In this document: one piece after another, positions 29,840 to 39,189 of the stretch
How positions within the stretch are numbered: the first letter of the stretch is position 1
Layout: the number at the start of each line of letters is the position of its first letter
NCBI GenBank assembly: GCA_038871515.1
Contig: JAVZHX010000002.1
Location: forward strand, 4,641-68,640
Direction: 5' to 3'
Length of the DNA: 64,000 nt
Source: Candidatus Micrarchaeia archaeon
GTDB lineage: Archaea > Micrarchaeota > Micrarchaeia > Burarchaeales > Fermentimicrarchaeaceae
The notes under the pieces: generated by a model
Databases searched by the model: none
Told to the model about the DNA's origin: nothing
The model's input: only the letters and a program-made list of their open reading frames with translations
Made by a program: the position numbers and the translations under genes

Positions 29840-30237
29840 TTGAGAATATACCGAAGGAGTATTTGGAGGATATAATGGATGCTCTTCCTTTTGAAATATC
29901 CTTTATAGATGAAAATGAGAATGTGAGGTATTTTAATAAGGAGGGGAGGAGGGAGATTTTTCAGAGAGATAAATCGGTTATAGGGAGAAGCGTTCAGAAG
30001 TGTCATCCTCCAAAAAGTCTCCCCATAGTGAACAGAATTCTCTATGAGTTCAGAAGTGGCAAGAGGGATGTTGCGGAGTTCTGGATTGATTATAAGGGAA
30101 GAAAGATATACATACGCTACTTTGCTGTGAGGAGCAGAAAAGGGGAGTATAGGGGTTGTATAGAGGTAAGTCAGGATATAACGGAAATTCAGAAAATAAG
30201 TGGGGAGAGGAGGCTTCTTGATGCTGGAGGAGTATAG
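29836..30237 (+). CDS. Stand-alone PAS-domain protein (DUF438-associated PAS_10 type)
   Basis: LPFEISFIDE, IGRSVQKCHPPKS, EFW, EVSQDIT. Confidence 0.9.
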   Translation: MIENIPKEYLEDIMDALPFEISFIDENENVRYFNKEGRREIFQRDKSVIGRSVQKCHPPKSLPIVNRILYEFRSGKRDVAEFWIDYKGRKIYIRYFAVRSRKGEYRGCIEVSQDITEIQKISGERRLLDAGGV

Positions 30238-30652
30238 AGAAAAAAGAAATTTCTCTGTTACAAGCGAACCAAAAGGCGGAGTTGGCGGGCGAAGTGGAAT
30301 ATTTGTGATACAAGAGCATTGGGCTTCTCACTGGCACCATGATTTCAGAATTGAGAGGGATGGGGTGCTGAAGAGCTGGGCGATTCCAAAAGGATTCCCA
30401 AAAAATGATGAGAGAAGGCTTGCAGTTCCAACAGAGGATCACCCGCTTGAATATGCTGATTTTGAGGGGGTTATACCTGAGGGAATGTATGGGGCGGGAA
30501 CTGTTAGTATTTATGATAGGGGAAAGGCGAATGTGAAGGTGTGGGAGAAGGATAAAATTGAGTTTGAGCTTCACGGGAAGAGAGTGAAAGGTTTATTCGT
30601 GATGATAAGAACAAAAGTGGGATGGCTGATTTTCAGAAAGAGAGTGAAATGA
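30221..30652 (+). CDS. Stand-alone LigD 3'-phosphoesterase (PE) domain protein
   Basis: LEEYREKRNF..T.EP, FVIQEH.A.H.H.DFR.E, SWA.PKG, EDHPLEY..FEG.IP.G.YGAG. Confidence 0.93.
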   Translation: MLEEYREKRNFSVTSEPKGGVGGRSGIFVIQEHWASHWHHDFRIERDGVLKSWAIPKGFPKNDERRLAVPTEDHPLEYADFEGVIPEGMYGAGTVSIYDRGKANVKVWEKDKIEFELHGKRVKGLFVMIRTKVGWLIFRKRVK

Positions 30653-31548
30653 TGGAAATAGCGCTTGTTTCAGGAGAGAGCAGATATGAGAATGTTGCTA
30701 GAGCGCTTAGCTTAATTGAGGTTGATGAGCTGAAAAAAGCAAAAAGAGTTCTTGTTAAACCAAACTTCACCGCAATGAAAAGGAATGAGGCAAATACACA
30801 TAAGGATGCTTTGAAAGCGGTTCTTGATTTTTTGAGGAAAATGGATAAAAGGAATGTGACTGTTGGGGACGGGAGTGGTGATGCGTATTACTTGGGTGGA
30901 ACAACAGAGGAGGCGTTTAGAAGGGCGGGTGTTGATGAGCTTTGCAGGGAGTATGAAGTTGAGCTGAGGGATTTTAACCAGGGCGAATATGCTGAACTTA
31001 TGGAAGTGAAGACGAATTTCGGTAATGTAAGGATAAGAGTTGTGAAGGATTTTTTTCTTTATGATTATGTGATTTCTTTAACTCTTCCAAAAACGCATGA
31101 CTACGCGCTTGCAACTCTTTCTATGAAAAATATGATGGGTGTGATACACCCCGCGGACAGGTTGAAGGTGCACGGAGTGAGGGCAGTGGTTGATGCCTTG
31201 CTGTATGATAGATGCGTTAGACTGATTAATGTGAATTTATTTGAATTTTTTAAGAAAGTGAAACCAAACCTTTCCGTGATAGATGGTTTCTGTGGGATGG
31301 AGGGGGAAGGACCGGTTAATGGGGATGTTGTTGAGTGTGGGTGGGCGCTTGCATCAACAAATCCACTGCTTGCAGATGTGGTTGGCGTTAAGCTTATGGG
31401 GTTAGAACCACGTGAGGTTGGGTATATTCATTACATGCTTGAAGAGCAAAAATGTGAGATACCTGATGATGTTTTGAAAAAAATTGAGAAGCTAAAGAGG
31501 AAGTTCCGCCTTCACCCAAGGTGGAGGGAGCAAAAGGGATGGGAGTAG
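30649..31548 (+). CDS. DUF362 domain protein
   Basis: VLVKPN, PKTH....TLSMKN.MG, IDG..GMEGEGP. Confidence 0.9.
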   Translation: MMEIALVSGESRYENVARALSLIEVDELKKAKRVLVKPNFTAMKRNEANTHKDALKAVLDFLRKMDKRNVTVGDGSGDAYYLGGTTEEAFRRAGVDELCREYEVELRDFNQGEYAELMEVKTNFGNVRIRVVKDFFLYDYVISLTLPKTHDYALATLSMKNMMGVIHPADRLKVHGVRAVVDALLYDRCVRLINVNLFEFFKKVKPNLSVIDGFCGMEGEGPVNGDVVECGWALASTNPLLADVVGVKLMGLEPREVGYIHYMLEEQKCEIPDDVLKKIEKLKRKFRLHPRWREQKGWE

Positions 31549-31587
31549 TTTTATATTACTCTGTTGAAATAGATTTGGAGGGAGAGA

Positions 31588-31962
31588 ATGGGGGAGGTAA
31601 CCGGCAGGTTCTTTGGAGCTGGGAGAAAAAATAACAGAAATTGGGTTGCTGTTGATACGGAAACAGGGAGATTGTTTTTCACATATCCGAAGCCATTCCC
31701 GGCAGATGTGAGGAAATTAAGGAGAGGAAGCTTGGTTACAGTTGAGTATGATGACGCAACAAGAGAAGTTAAATCAGTGGCTGTGATAAGCGAGGCTGAG
31801 GTGGCGGAGGATAAATACGAGAGATACAGAGAATACCAAATACGGCTTCTGAAGGAGTGCTTTGAGGATGCGGAGAAAATAAGCAAGGATAAGGAGGATG
31901 TGAAGGTGATTGCATTCGCGCTGTTTGATAAGAGATGCACTCCTCTTGCTTACTTTGAATAG
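31588..31962 (+). CDS. Hypothetical protein (possible OB-like beta N-terminus, helical C-terminus)
   Basis: Clean ORF, host-like codon style, GGAGG RBS. Confidence 0.7.
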   Translation: MGEVTGRFFGAGRKNNRNWVAVDTETGRLFFTYPKPFPADVRKLRRGSLVTVEYDDATREVKSVAVISEAEVAEDKYERYREYQIRLLKECFEDAEKISKDKEDVKVIAFALFDKRCTPLAYFE

Positions 31963-31970
31963 GGATATTT

Positions 31971-32288
31971 ATGGAAGAGTTAACAGCAAGAAAGGCTGTT
32001 GCAATATCTTTAGTTTCTGTTGCTCTTGAGATTTTGACGATGTTTATATTTGGTGTGAATGCATTTATCCTGCTAACTGCAATAATCGCTTCTTTAGCGG
32101 GTTTGTTAGCTTTTCTAACTCTTATACTGTTGTTGGTTTCTACAAGGGGCAGGCATCCTAGAGTCATTCTTGACCCTGAGAAGTATAAACTTGCAAAAAC
32201 AACATTCATGTACACCATTCTTTTCCTTTTTATTATTTTTTTGTCTCTAGCTTTAGTGAAATTGATAAATCCGGGGGGTAGTGAGTAG
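31971..32288 (+). CDS. Hypothetical 3-TM membrane protein
   Basis: Three hydrophobic segments; operon-like spacing. Confidence 0.7.
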   Translation: MEELTARKAVAISLVSVALEILTMFIFGVNAFILLTAIIASLAGLLAFLTLILLLVSTRGRHPRVILDPEKYKLAKTTFMYTILFLFIIFLSLALVKLINPGGSE

Positions 32289-32322
32289 TATGTTGTTTAT
32301 ATAAATAAGGGGTGATATTGCG

Positions 32323-33072
32323 GTGAGAGTTTACAAAGTTGGAGATAATTTGGCATGCATCCTTCCAAAGGAAGTTGCTATGAAGCTTGGCTTGAAAGGA
32401 GGGGAGGAGATAGATTTCTATGAGATAAAACCAGGTGTTTTCGCGGTGATGAGAAGGGAGGAAATTGAGCGAGTTGTGAAGGAGAAAATTGGGGAAGTTG
32501 AGCTTCCCAAAAAGGAGTTGAGCGATGAGGAGATGAGGTTATTGAGGAAGCTGAACACAATAAAATTCTCAGAAAGAATACCGTATGATGTGAACAGGAA
32601 GCTGAATTCAAGGGAGAGGGATGTGTTGTATAATTTGATTAGGAAGGGTGCTGTGAGAGTTTACAAAGGAGGCAAGTATTCAAAAACTGGAGTTTATGAC
32701 ATATCCAACGAAATCTATCCTCTTGTCAAAAAAAGCGAAACCCCTGAAAGCAGTTTGGAGAGCGAGGGTTACGCGGTTATAGAGGATGTGAAAAGCGCGG
32801 AGAGGGTGAGCAGTGCTCTTCAGAAGGAGATTAGTTTTGGTGAAATTCTTGGTGTTAGAGGGTTTGACAAGAAGTTTTACGTTGCAAAAAGAAGTTGGTT
32901 TGCTGAGAAAAGCGAGAGCATAAGGAGGTGTATGGGGAGAAGAGTGAGAAGCATGGAGGAGATAAGCCGGGAAACCAAGCTGAGCGAGCCAGCCTGCAGA
33001 GTGGTGCTTGAGATAATGAGGGAGAGGGGGGAGGTTATAGAGAAGAGAAAAGGTTTCTATGAGTTGGTTTGA
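32323..33072 (+). CDS. AbrB/MazE-like N-terminal domain protein with winged-helix-like C-terminus
   Basis: KVGDNLACILPKEVAMKLGLKGGEEI; GGTGA RBS. Confidence 0.75.
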   Translation: MRVYKVGDNLACILPKEVAMKLGLKGGEEIDFYEIKPGVFAVMRREEIERVVKEKIGEVELPKKELSDEEMRLLRKLNTIKFSERIPYDVNRKLNSRERDVLYNLIRKGAVRVYKGGKYSKTGVYDISNEIYPLVKKSETPESSLESEGYAVIEDVKSAERVSSALQKEISFGEILGVRGFDKKFYVAKRSWFAEKSESIRRCMGRRVRSMEEISRETKLSEPACRVVLEIMRERGEVIEKRKGFYELV

Positions 33073-34262
33073 TGAATGTGATAAAGGATGCTGTTCATGG
33101 GAATATACAACTAAATAATGTGGAGCTGAAGGTTGTTGATACTCCTGAGCTGCAGAGGTTGAGGGGAGTAAAGCAGATGGCTGTTGCTTACCTTGTTTAC
33201 CCAGGTGCGAACCACACGAGGTTCGAGCACTCGCTTGGGACGATGCATATAACAGGCGAGATATGCAGGAGTTTATCTCTTGGAGAGGAGGAAACGAAAA
33301 CTCTGAGGATGGCTGCACTGCTGCATGATGTTGGGCATGCTGCTTTCTCGCATGAAACAGATGGAATTCTTTTGAGGATGAAGAGAGGAAGCCATGAGAG
33401 CAGAGGGGTTCAGGCAGTTTTAAAAGGTGAAAGCGGGGAGATTTTGGAGGAAGAGGGATATGATGTAAAAGCAGTTTGTTCAGAAATGCTTGGTGGGAGA
33501 GGGGGGATGATAGATTTTGATCTGGGTTCTGATAGGATGGATTACCTTCTGAGAGATTCACATTACACAGGAGTTGCGTATGGGGTGATAGACAGCGACA
33601 GACTGGTGCACACCATAAAAATGAGGGGAGGGAAAGCAGTTGTTGAGTGGGGTGGAATTGAGGCTGCGGAGTCACTTCTTATAGCAAGGTTTCTCATGTT
33701 TTCCTCAGTTTACTACCATCACACTGTTAGAATTGCGAGCGCAATGCTGGAGAGGGCAATTGAGCTTGCGCTTGAGGATGGAGCAGTATCAATTGATGAC
33801 ATACTCAAACGCACTGATGCAGAGGTTGGTTTGCTTCTTGAAAAAAGCAAGAGAAGCTGCGGGCTGATGAGAAAGTTGAGGGAAAGGAAGTTGTACAAAA
33901 GGGCGTATGAAGTTGAATTTTATAAATTAAGCAGGGAGGGGAAGAAAATTTTCAGAGATTACTGGAAGATGAGAGATGTGGAGGAGGAGATAAAGGAGAG
34001 GAGTGGGGTGGAGGAAGTGATGCTTGAATGCAGGCAGGGTTATGATGAGAAGTTCTCTGAAAGCAAGGTTATAATTGTCAGAGATGGGAAGGAGTATCGG
34101 CTGGAGAATTTATCTGAAATAGTTGGTGCGATAAGGAGAACTGAGGAGATGAGGAGGAGAGCGTTGGTGATATGCCCAAAGGAAAGCAAAAAAAGAGTTG
34201 AAGCTGCCTGCAGAAAGCTGTTTGAGGAGTTTATAGTTAAAGGAAGTAGTCAACAAGCTTGA
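33069..34262 (+). CDS. HD-domain phosphohydrolase (SAMHD1/dNTPase-like)
   Basis: QRLR.VKQ, HTRFEHSLG, LLHDVGH..FSH, DRMDYLLRD, VYYHH. Confidence 0.93.
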   Translation: MMNVIKDAVHGNIQLNNVELKVVDTPELQRLRGVKQMAVAYLVYPGANHTRFEHSLGTMHITGEICRSLSLGEEETKTLRMAALLHDVGHAAFSHETDGILLRMKRGSHESRGVQAVLKGESGEILEEEGYDVKAVCSEMLGGRGGMIDFDLGSDRMDYLLRDSHYTGVAYGVIDSDRLVHTIKMRGGKAVVEWGGIEAAESLLIARFLMFSSVYYHHTVRIASAMLERAIELALEDGAVSIDDILKRTDAEVGLLLEKSKRSCGLMRKLRERKLYKRAYEVEFYKLSREGKKIFRDYWKMRDVEEEIKERSGVEEVMLECRQGYDEKFSESKVIIVRDGKEYRLENLSEIVGAIRRTEEMRRRALVICPKESKKRVEAACRKLFEEFIVKGSSQQA

Positions 34263-34389
34263 GCAGTATTATGAAAGCTAGCGTGAATGCAATAACTGCC
34301 CTGGGGTCAAGCTGGGGACCGCCAGCGCGTATATCGTAGAAACGTATTATCCCAGTTGAACTTTGTGGTGCGCTCACCTTCTCTGCCAT
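34237..34389 (-). CDS. secG: Preprotein translocase subunit Sec61beta
   Basis: Manual translation MAEKVSAPQSSTGIIRFYDIRAGGPQLDPRAVIAFTLAFIILLKLVDYFL; G..RFY and P.LDP+TM signature; not in the ORF track. Confidence 0.9.
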   Translation of the reverse strand: MAEKVSAPQSSTGIIRFYDIRAGGPQLDPRAVIAFTLAFIILLKLVDYFL

Positions 34390-34432
34390 ACGTATTTATT
34401 TAACCTTTATGATTTTTAATAATTGTGATGCG

Positions 34433-35755
34433 ATGGTTTCATTTGGCACGTCAGGCATAAGGGGGGTTGTTGGAAAGGAGATAACTCCTGAGTTAGCCCT
34501 GAGATTAGGGGAAGTTGTTGGAAAAAAGAAGAGGGTTGTTATTGGGAGGGATACGAGAGAAAGCGGGGTTGCGCTTGAGGCTGCGCTTGTTGCAGGGGTG
34601 AACTTTGCTGGAGGAGATGCTCTGAAGCTTGGAATTGTTACCACACCAACCACCGCAATTGCGACAAAGCAAAGAGGGGAGATAGGAGTTATGATAACTG
34701 CTTCCCACAACCCTGCGGAGTATAATGGGTTCAAAGTTTATAACAGGTTTGGGGAGGAGATAAGCAGGGCGGAGGAGAGGGAAATTGAGAATATTGTGGG
34801 TATGGCGAGAGCAGAACAGAGCGTTTCTGGTGGGGGGGTTTATGAGGTGAAAGATGCGGTGGAGAAGCACATCGAGCTTGTGCTTTCGCTTGTTGATGTT
34901 GGTTTGATAAAGAGGAAAAAACCAAAGGTGGTTGTTGACTGCGGAAACGGAGCAGCCTCTTCTGTTGCTCCATTTCTCCTTAAGGAAGCGGGCTGCCATG
35001 TTATAACTGTTAACGCTGAGCCAGGTGGTGCTTTCTCACGTAGCCTTGAACCGAACAGCGAGAGCCTTGCGGAAGCAGCTACAATAGTTAAGAGAACTGG
35101 TGCATCTCTTGGGGTTGGCTATGACGGGGATGGGGATAGAGCGGTTGTTATTGATGAAATCGGTTCTGTTCTTGGCTTGGATGAGCAGCTTTCACTTCTT
35201 CTGAGTTACATTGTCAGCGACGGATGCACGGTTGTTTCAACTGTTGAGGCTTCTCTTGGAGTTAGGGAAACTGTAGAAAGAAAGGGGGGAAAACTCGTTA
35301 TAACAGGGGTTGGAAGCAGAAACGTTGCTGAGATGATAAGGATAAGCAATGCTGTTTTTGGAGGGGAGCCATGCGGCGAGTATATATTCCCTGAGGAGAT
35401 AAACACACCGGATGGAATGATGACAACTTTAAAGTTTATTGAACTTGTTTGCAAGGAGGGAAGGTTGAGCAGGATGAGAGGGAAGGTGAAAAAATATCCA
35501 GTAAAGAGAATGAAGTTTGAATGCAGTGATAAAACAGGTTCAATGGAAGTTATAAAGGATAGATTGATTGAGGAGTTTGAGGGCAAGCTGAGTGAGAGAG
35601 ATGGAGTGAGAATTGATTTCAAAGATGGGTGGCTTCTTGTAAGAGCATCAGGCACCGAACCTGTGATAAGGCTGACGTGCGAGCACAAAAACAAAGGTGA
35701 GCTGGAGAGAGTGTGTAAAAAAGCTGAGCAGATAGTAAGGGAGGGGTTGAGATGA
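34433..35755 (+). CDS. glmM: Phosphoglucosamine/phosphomannomutase
   Basis: FGTSGIRG, TASHNP, DGDGDR, GGEPCG, VRASGTEP; upstream of glmU-like gene. Confidence 0.9.
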   Translation: MVSFGTSGIRGVVGKEITPELALRLGEVVGKKKRVVIGRDTRESGVALEAALVAGVNFAGGDALKLGIVTTPTTAIATKQRGEIGVMITASHNPAEYNGFKVYNRFGEEISRAEEREIENIVGMARAEQSVSGGGVYEVKDAVEKHIELVLSLVDVGLIKRKKPKVVVDCGNGAASSVAPFLLKEAGCHVITVNAEPGGAFSRSLEPNSESLAEAATIVKRTGASLGVGYDGDGDRAVVIDEIGSVLGLDEQLSLLLSYIVSDGCTVVSTVEASLGVRETVERKGGKLVITGVGSRNVAEMIRISNAVFGGEPCGEYIFPEEINTPDGMMTTLKFIELVCKEGRLSRMRGKVKKYPVKRMKFECSDKTGSMEVIKDRLIEEFEGKLSERDGVRIDFKDGWLLVRASGTEPVIRLTCEHKNKGELERVCKKAEQIVREGLR

Positions 35756-36993
35756 AAGGAGTGATAATAGCTGCTGGTGAGGGAAAAAGGCTGAAGCCAC
35801 TTACTCACACACGGCCAAAGTGCATGATACCTGTTGCGGGAAAGCCAATTCTTTATCACGTAATCCAGGTTCTTAAGGAGGCTGGAATAAAGGATTTGGT
35901 GATTGTTGTAAAGTATATGAAAGAGAAAATAATTGATAGTTTTGGCGATGGAAGGAAGCTTGGGGTGAGAATAGAGTACGCGGAGCAGAAAGAGATGAGG
36001 GGAACTGCTGATGCGTTCCTCGCAACTGAGGAGATGGTTGATGACACGTTTTTTGGGATGGCAAGCGATGTGGTGACTGAAAGCAGTGCAGTGAAAAGGT
36101 TGATTGATTCGCATGATTCTGAGATGACGGTTGGTTTGAAAAAAGTGGATGATGTGAGGGAGTTTGGAGTTGCTGAAGTTGAAAAAGGAAGAATTGTGAA
36201 ATTCATCGAGAAGCCCAGAAGAGGTGGTGCAGGGCTTGTGAACTGCAGCATGTATGTTATGAATTCAGGCATATTTGAAAAAATCAAAAAAATCAAACCT
36301 TCTGGAAGAGGGGAGTATGAGATAACGGATGTTATAAGAATGCTTGCGAAGGAGAGGAAGGTTGGGGGAGTTGAGCTGAAGGAGTTCTGGCAGGATTTGG
36401 GTATGCCGTGGCAGCTTTTTGATGCGAATGAGTTTCTTTTGAACAGAATGCCTGAGCGCAGGGAGGGGGAGATTGAAAACTGCGTTTTGAAAGGAAAGGT
36501 GATTGTTGAGAGTGGAGCACGTGTTTTTAACAGTTTCATAGAAGGGCCTGTTTTCATAGGAAGAAACAGCGAGATAGGTCCCTACTCTTTCATAAGGGGC
36601 AACAGCAGTATAGGGGAGAGGTGCAGCATAGGTGATTCAACAACTGTGAAGAATAGTATAATAATGAATGGTGTGAATGCAAAGCACCTGAGTTACATAG
36701 GGGATAGCATTGTGGGGGAGAACTGCAATTTTGGTGCTGGAACCCAGATAGCAAACTGGAGGTTTGATGCTGGAACGATAAAGATGGAAGTGATGGAGAA
36801 GAAGGTTGATACAAGAAGGAGCAAGCTTGGGGTGGTTATTGGCGATAACACAAAAACAGGGGTGCTTGTTTCGGTGATGCCAGGAAAAACAATAGGGGAT
36901 AACTGCTGGATAGGGGCGAATGTGCAGGTGGACAGAGACATACCGAGAGCCACAAAGGTTTTCTTAAAACAGCAGCTGCTTTTCAAAAGGTGA
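35752..36993 (+). CDS. glmU: Bifunctional sugar-1-phosphate nucleotidyltransferase/acetyltransferase (archaeal GlmU-like)
   Basis: AAGEGKRL.PLT..RPK, EKP, RGEYEITD, hexapeptide repeats, HLSYIGDS. Confidence 0.88.
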   Translation: MKGVIIAAGEGKRLKPLTHTRPKCMIPVAGKPILYHVIQVLKEAGIKDLVIVVKYMKEKIIDSFGDGRKLGVRIEYAEQKEMRGTADAFLATEEMVDDTFFGMASDVVTESSAVKRLIDSHDSEMTVGLKKVDDVREFGVAEVEKGRIVKFIEKPRRGGAGLVNCSMYVMNSGIFEKIKKIKPSGRGEYEITDVIRMLAKERKVGGVELKEFWQDLGMPWQLFDANEFLLNRMPERREGEIENCVLKGKVIVESGARVFNSFIEGPVFIGRNSEIGPYSFIRGNSSIGERCSIGDSTTVKNSIIMNGVNAKHLSYIGDSIVGENCNFGAGTQIANWRFDAGTIKMEVMEKKVDTRRSKLGVVIGDNTKTGVLVSVMPGKTIGDNCWIGANVQVDRDIPRATKVFLKQQLLFKR

Positions 36994-36997
36994 TGAG

Positions 36998-37813
36998 CTG
37001 AGGTGCCTAATTGTTGGTGTTGACCCTGGAACAACCATTGGGTACGCGTTATTTGATTTGGAGAGGAAGGAGCTTTCTGTTGGAAGCAAGAGGGAGATGA
37101 GCAGGGAGGAGCTTGTTGGTTTAATAAGCAAAGAGGGTAAACCGGCATTGCTTGCGTGTGATGTGAATCCTCCTCCTGATTTGGTTGTTAAACTCGCTTC
37201 ATACTTCAATGTGAGAGTTGCTGTTCCTGAGAGGGACATGGGGGAGGAGGAGAAGAGCAAGCTTGTTGGTGATAGAGTTTTTTCAAATGAGCACGAGAGG
37301 GATGCGGCTGCGGCAGTTATAAGGGCGTATAGGGTTTATGAGAATAAGTTAAGACAGATAGATAGGGTGCTTGCTGAAAAGGGAATTCCAGAGAAAGCAA
37401 ATGAGGTGAAACATCTAGTTTTAAACGGCACCTCGCTGAGCGATGCGTTGCTTTTAATTGATGTAGAAAGGGAGATTGAGGTGCCTGAGGTGAAAAGCAG
37501 GGAGGAGGCAAGGGTGACTCTTGAAAAGAAGAATAAGCAGTTGAGGGAGCTTCTCATCTCAAATGCTGAGTTGAGAAAAGCTGTTGAGAGGCTGGAGAGG
37601 GAGAATGAGGAGCTGAGGGAGAAAGTAAAAAAATTGGAAAGCAGTGTTTTTGAAAGGCTTGCAAGGGAGAGGGAGATAAGGAAGAGGGATGCAGAGATAA
37701 GGAGGCTGAGAGAGAGGAGAGTGAAGAAAGTGCAGAAAAAAGCAGCGAGGAAAGAGGAGCTGGATGTAGAGGGGATTGTTGAGGAGTACAGGAAAAAACG
37801 CAAACATTTATAA
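36998..37813 (+). CDS. DUF460 (RNase H-like fold + coiled coil) protein, apparent CTG start
   Basis: IVGVDPGTT motif lies upstream of the ORF-track start; DVNPPP..V.KLA, HERDA; GGTGA 4 nt before CTG. Confidence 0.85.
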   Translation: MRCLIVGVDPGTTIGYALFDLERKELSVGSKREMSREELVGLISKEGKPALLACDVNPPPDLVVKLASYFNVRVAVPERDMGEEEKSKLVGDRVFSNEHERDAAAAVIRAYRVYENKLRQIDRVLAEKGIPEKANEVKHLVLNGTSLSDALLLIDVEREIEVPEVKSREEARVTLEKKNKQLRELLISNAELRKAVERLERENEELREKVKKLESSVFERLAREREIRKRDAEIRRLRERRVKKVQKKAARKEELDVEGIVEEYRKKRKHL

Positions 37814-37858
37814 TTGCTTGAGAAATAAATTATTGAGGATACAAAGGAGGTGCATAAA

Positions 37859-38146
37859 ATGGCAGAGGAGGCAAGAAAGGACGAAAATGTGATATACATA
37901 GGGAAGAAGAGCGTGATGAGCTACGTTCTCGCCGTGATAACTCAGTTTAACAACGGCGCAAATGAGGTTGGGATAAAGGCAAGAGGTAAAGTAATTTCAA
38001 GAGCGGTGGACGTGGCGGAGATTGTGAGAAACAGATTCATGCCAGACGCCAAAATAAAGAGCATAGAGATAAAAACAGAGGAACTAACCTCAGAGGACGG
38101 AAGCAAATCCAAAGTATCTGCGATAGAGATAACAATTGCAAAGTAG
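37859..38146 (+). CDS. albA: DNA/RNA-binding protein Alba
   Basis: [32 protein letters not shown]. Confidence 0.97.
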   Translation: MAEEARKDENVIYIGKKSVMSYVLAVITQFNNGANEVGIKARGKVISRAVDVAEIVRNRFMPDAKIKSIEIKTEELTSEDGSKSKVSAIEITIAK

Positions 38147-38175
38147 TTTTTTGTTTTTTTGAATTTCCTTTTTTG
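38147..38175 (+). terminator. Oligo-T archaeal terminator after alba
   Basis: TTTTTTGTTTTTTTGAATTTCCTTTTTTG directly after the stop codon. Confidence 0.55.
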
Positions 38176-38189
38176 TAATGGTGAGGTTA

Positions 38190-38687
38190 ATGGACGTACC
38201 AATCTGTGAGTTATGTTTGAAAAGCAATGTGCTTTGCTCGGGGTGCAACGAGAAGCTAAAAAAGGGAAAAATCTCCGAGCTAGATGTTAAGATAAGCAGG
38301 CTGTTATACAAATTAAAAGATAGGTACAAGCTTGAGGATGCTGATTTCACAAAAGCAGTTGATTTGGGAAGGGTGGTGCTTGTTCTCACAAAGAGAAACG
38401 TTGGCGCGCTTATTGGGAAGGACGGAAAGGTTGTTTCAGAAATCTCTCAGATTGCTGGAAAAAAAGTTCGGGTTGCTGAGCTGAGCGGTGATGTGAAGAA
38501 AACAATTGCAGATATAGTTGCACCTGCAAAAATACTTGGAATAAATAAAGTTTATAGGAAGGATGAGTGCTTGTATAAAGTCAGGTTTTCCAGAAAGGAG
38601 ATAGGGCAACTTCCGGTTGATATAAACTCGCTTGAAAAAGCGCTGAAATCACTGCTTGAGTCCGAAATTATGGTTGTGTTTGAGTAG
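38190..38687 (+). CDS. NusA-like KH-domain protein with N-terminal Cys cluster
   Basis: PICELC...LCSGC; KH loop LIGKDGK; GKKVRVAE. Confidence 0.85.
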   Translation: MDVPICELCLKSNVLCSGCNEKLKKGKISELDVKISRLLYKLKDRYKLEDADFTKAVDLGRVVLVLTKRNVGALIGKDGKVVSEISQIAGKKVRVAELSGDVKKTIADIVAPAKILGINKVYRKDECLYKVRFSRKEIGQLPVDINSLEKALKSLLESEIMVVFE

Positions 38688-38695
38688 GTGGTTTT

Positions 38696-39181
38696 ATGGA
38701 GGTGAAAGTTGTAAGGATTGAGAAACCGGAGGAGTGCAATCTAATTTTAGGGCAGTCCCATTTTATAAAAAGTGTTGAGGATATTTATGAGGCGCTTGTT
38801 ACTGCTGTTCCAAACATAAAGTTTGGGCTGGCTTTTTGTGAGTCATCTGGGGATTGCTTGGTGAGAAGCGCGGGTACAGACGAGGAGCTGCGCAAGCTTG
38901 CTGAGAGGAATGCTCTAAACCTCAGCGCAGGGCATACTTTCATAATTATTTTGGGGAAGGGTTTTTACCCAATAAACGTTCTGAATGCAATAAAGAATGT
39001 TCCTGAGGTTTGTAGCATATTCGCAGCAACAGCAAACCCACTGGAAGTGGTAATCGCGGAAAGCGAGCAGGGGAGAGGTATTCTGGGAGTGATAGATGGG
39101 TTGAAAACAAAAGGAGTTGAAAAAGCTGAAGATGTGAAGAGAAGGAAGGAGTTTCTCAGGAAAATTGGTTACAAGTTCTAG
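38696..39181 (+). CDS. DUF355 adenosine-specific kinase / AMP-binding family protein
   Basis: GQSHFIKSVED, FGLAFCE.SG, AGH.F, IFAATANP, GVIDG. Confidence 0.92.
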   Translation: MEVKVVRIEKPEECNLILGQSHFIKSVEDIYEALVTAVPNIKFGLAFCESSGDCLVRSAGTDEELRKLAERNALNLSAGHTFIIILGKGFYPINVLNAIKNVPEVCSIFAATANPLEVVIAESEQGRGILGVIDGLKTKGVEKAEDVKRRKEFLRKIGYKF

Positions 39182-39189
39182 TTGGTTGA

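Noticed and set aside
32680..33675. Long antisense ORFs (also 35206-36114, 35856-36557, 42157-42783, 44266-44862)
   Set aside because: S/F/L/P-rich shadows of purine-rich coding strands of well-identified genes.
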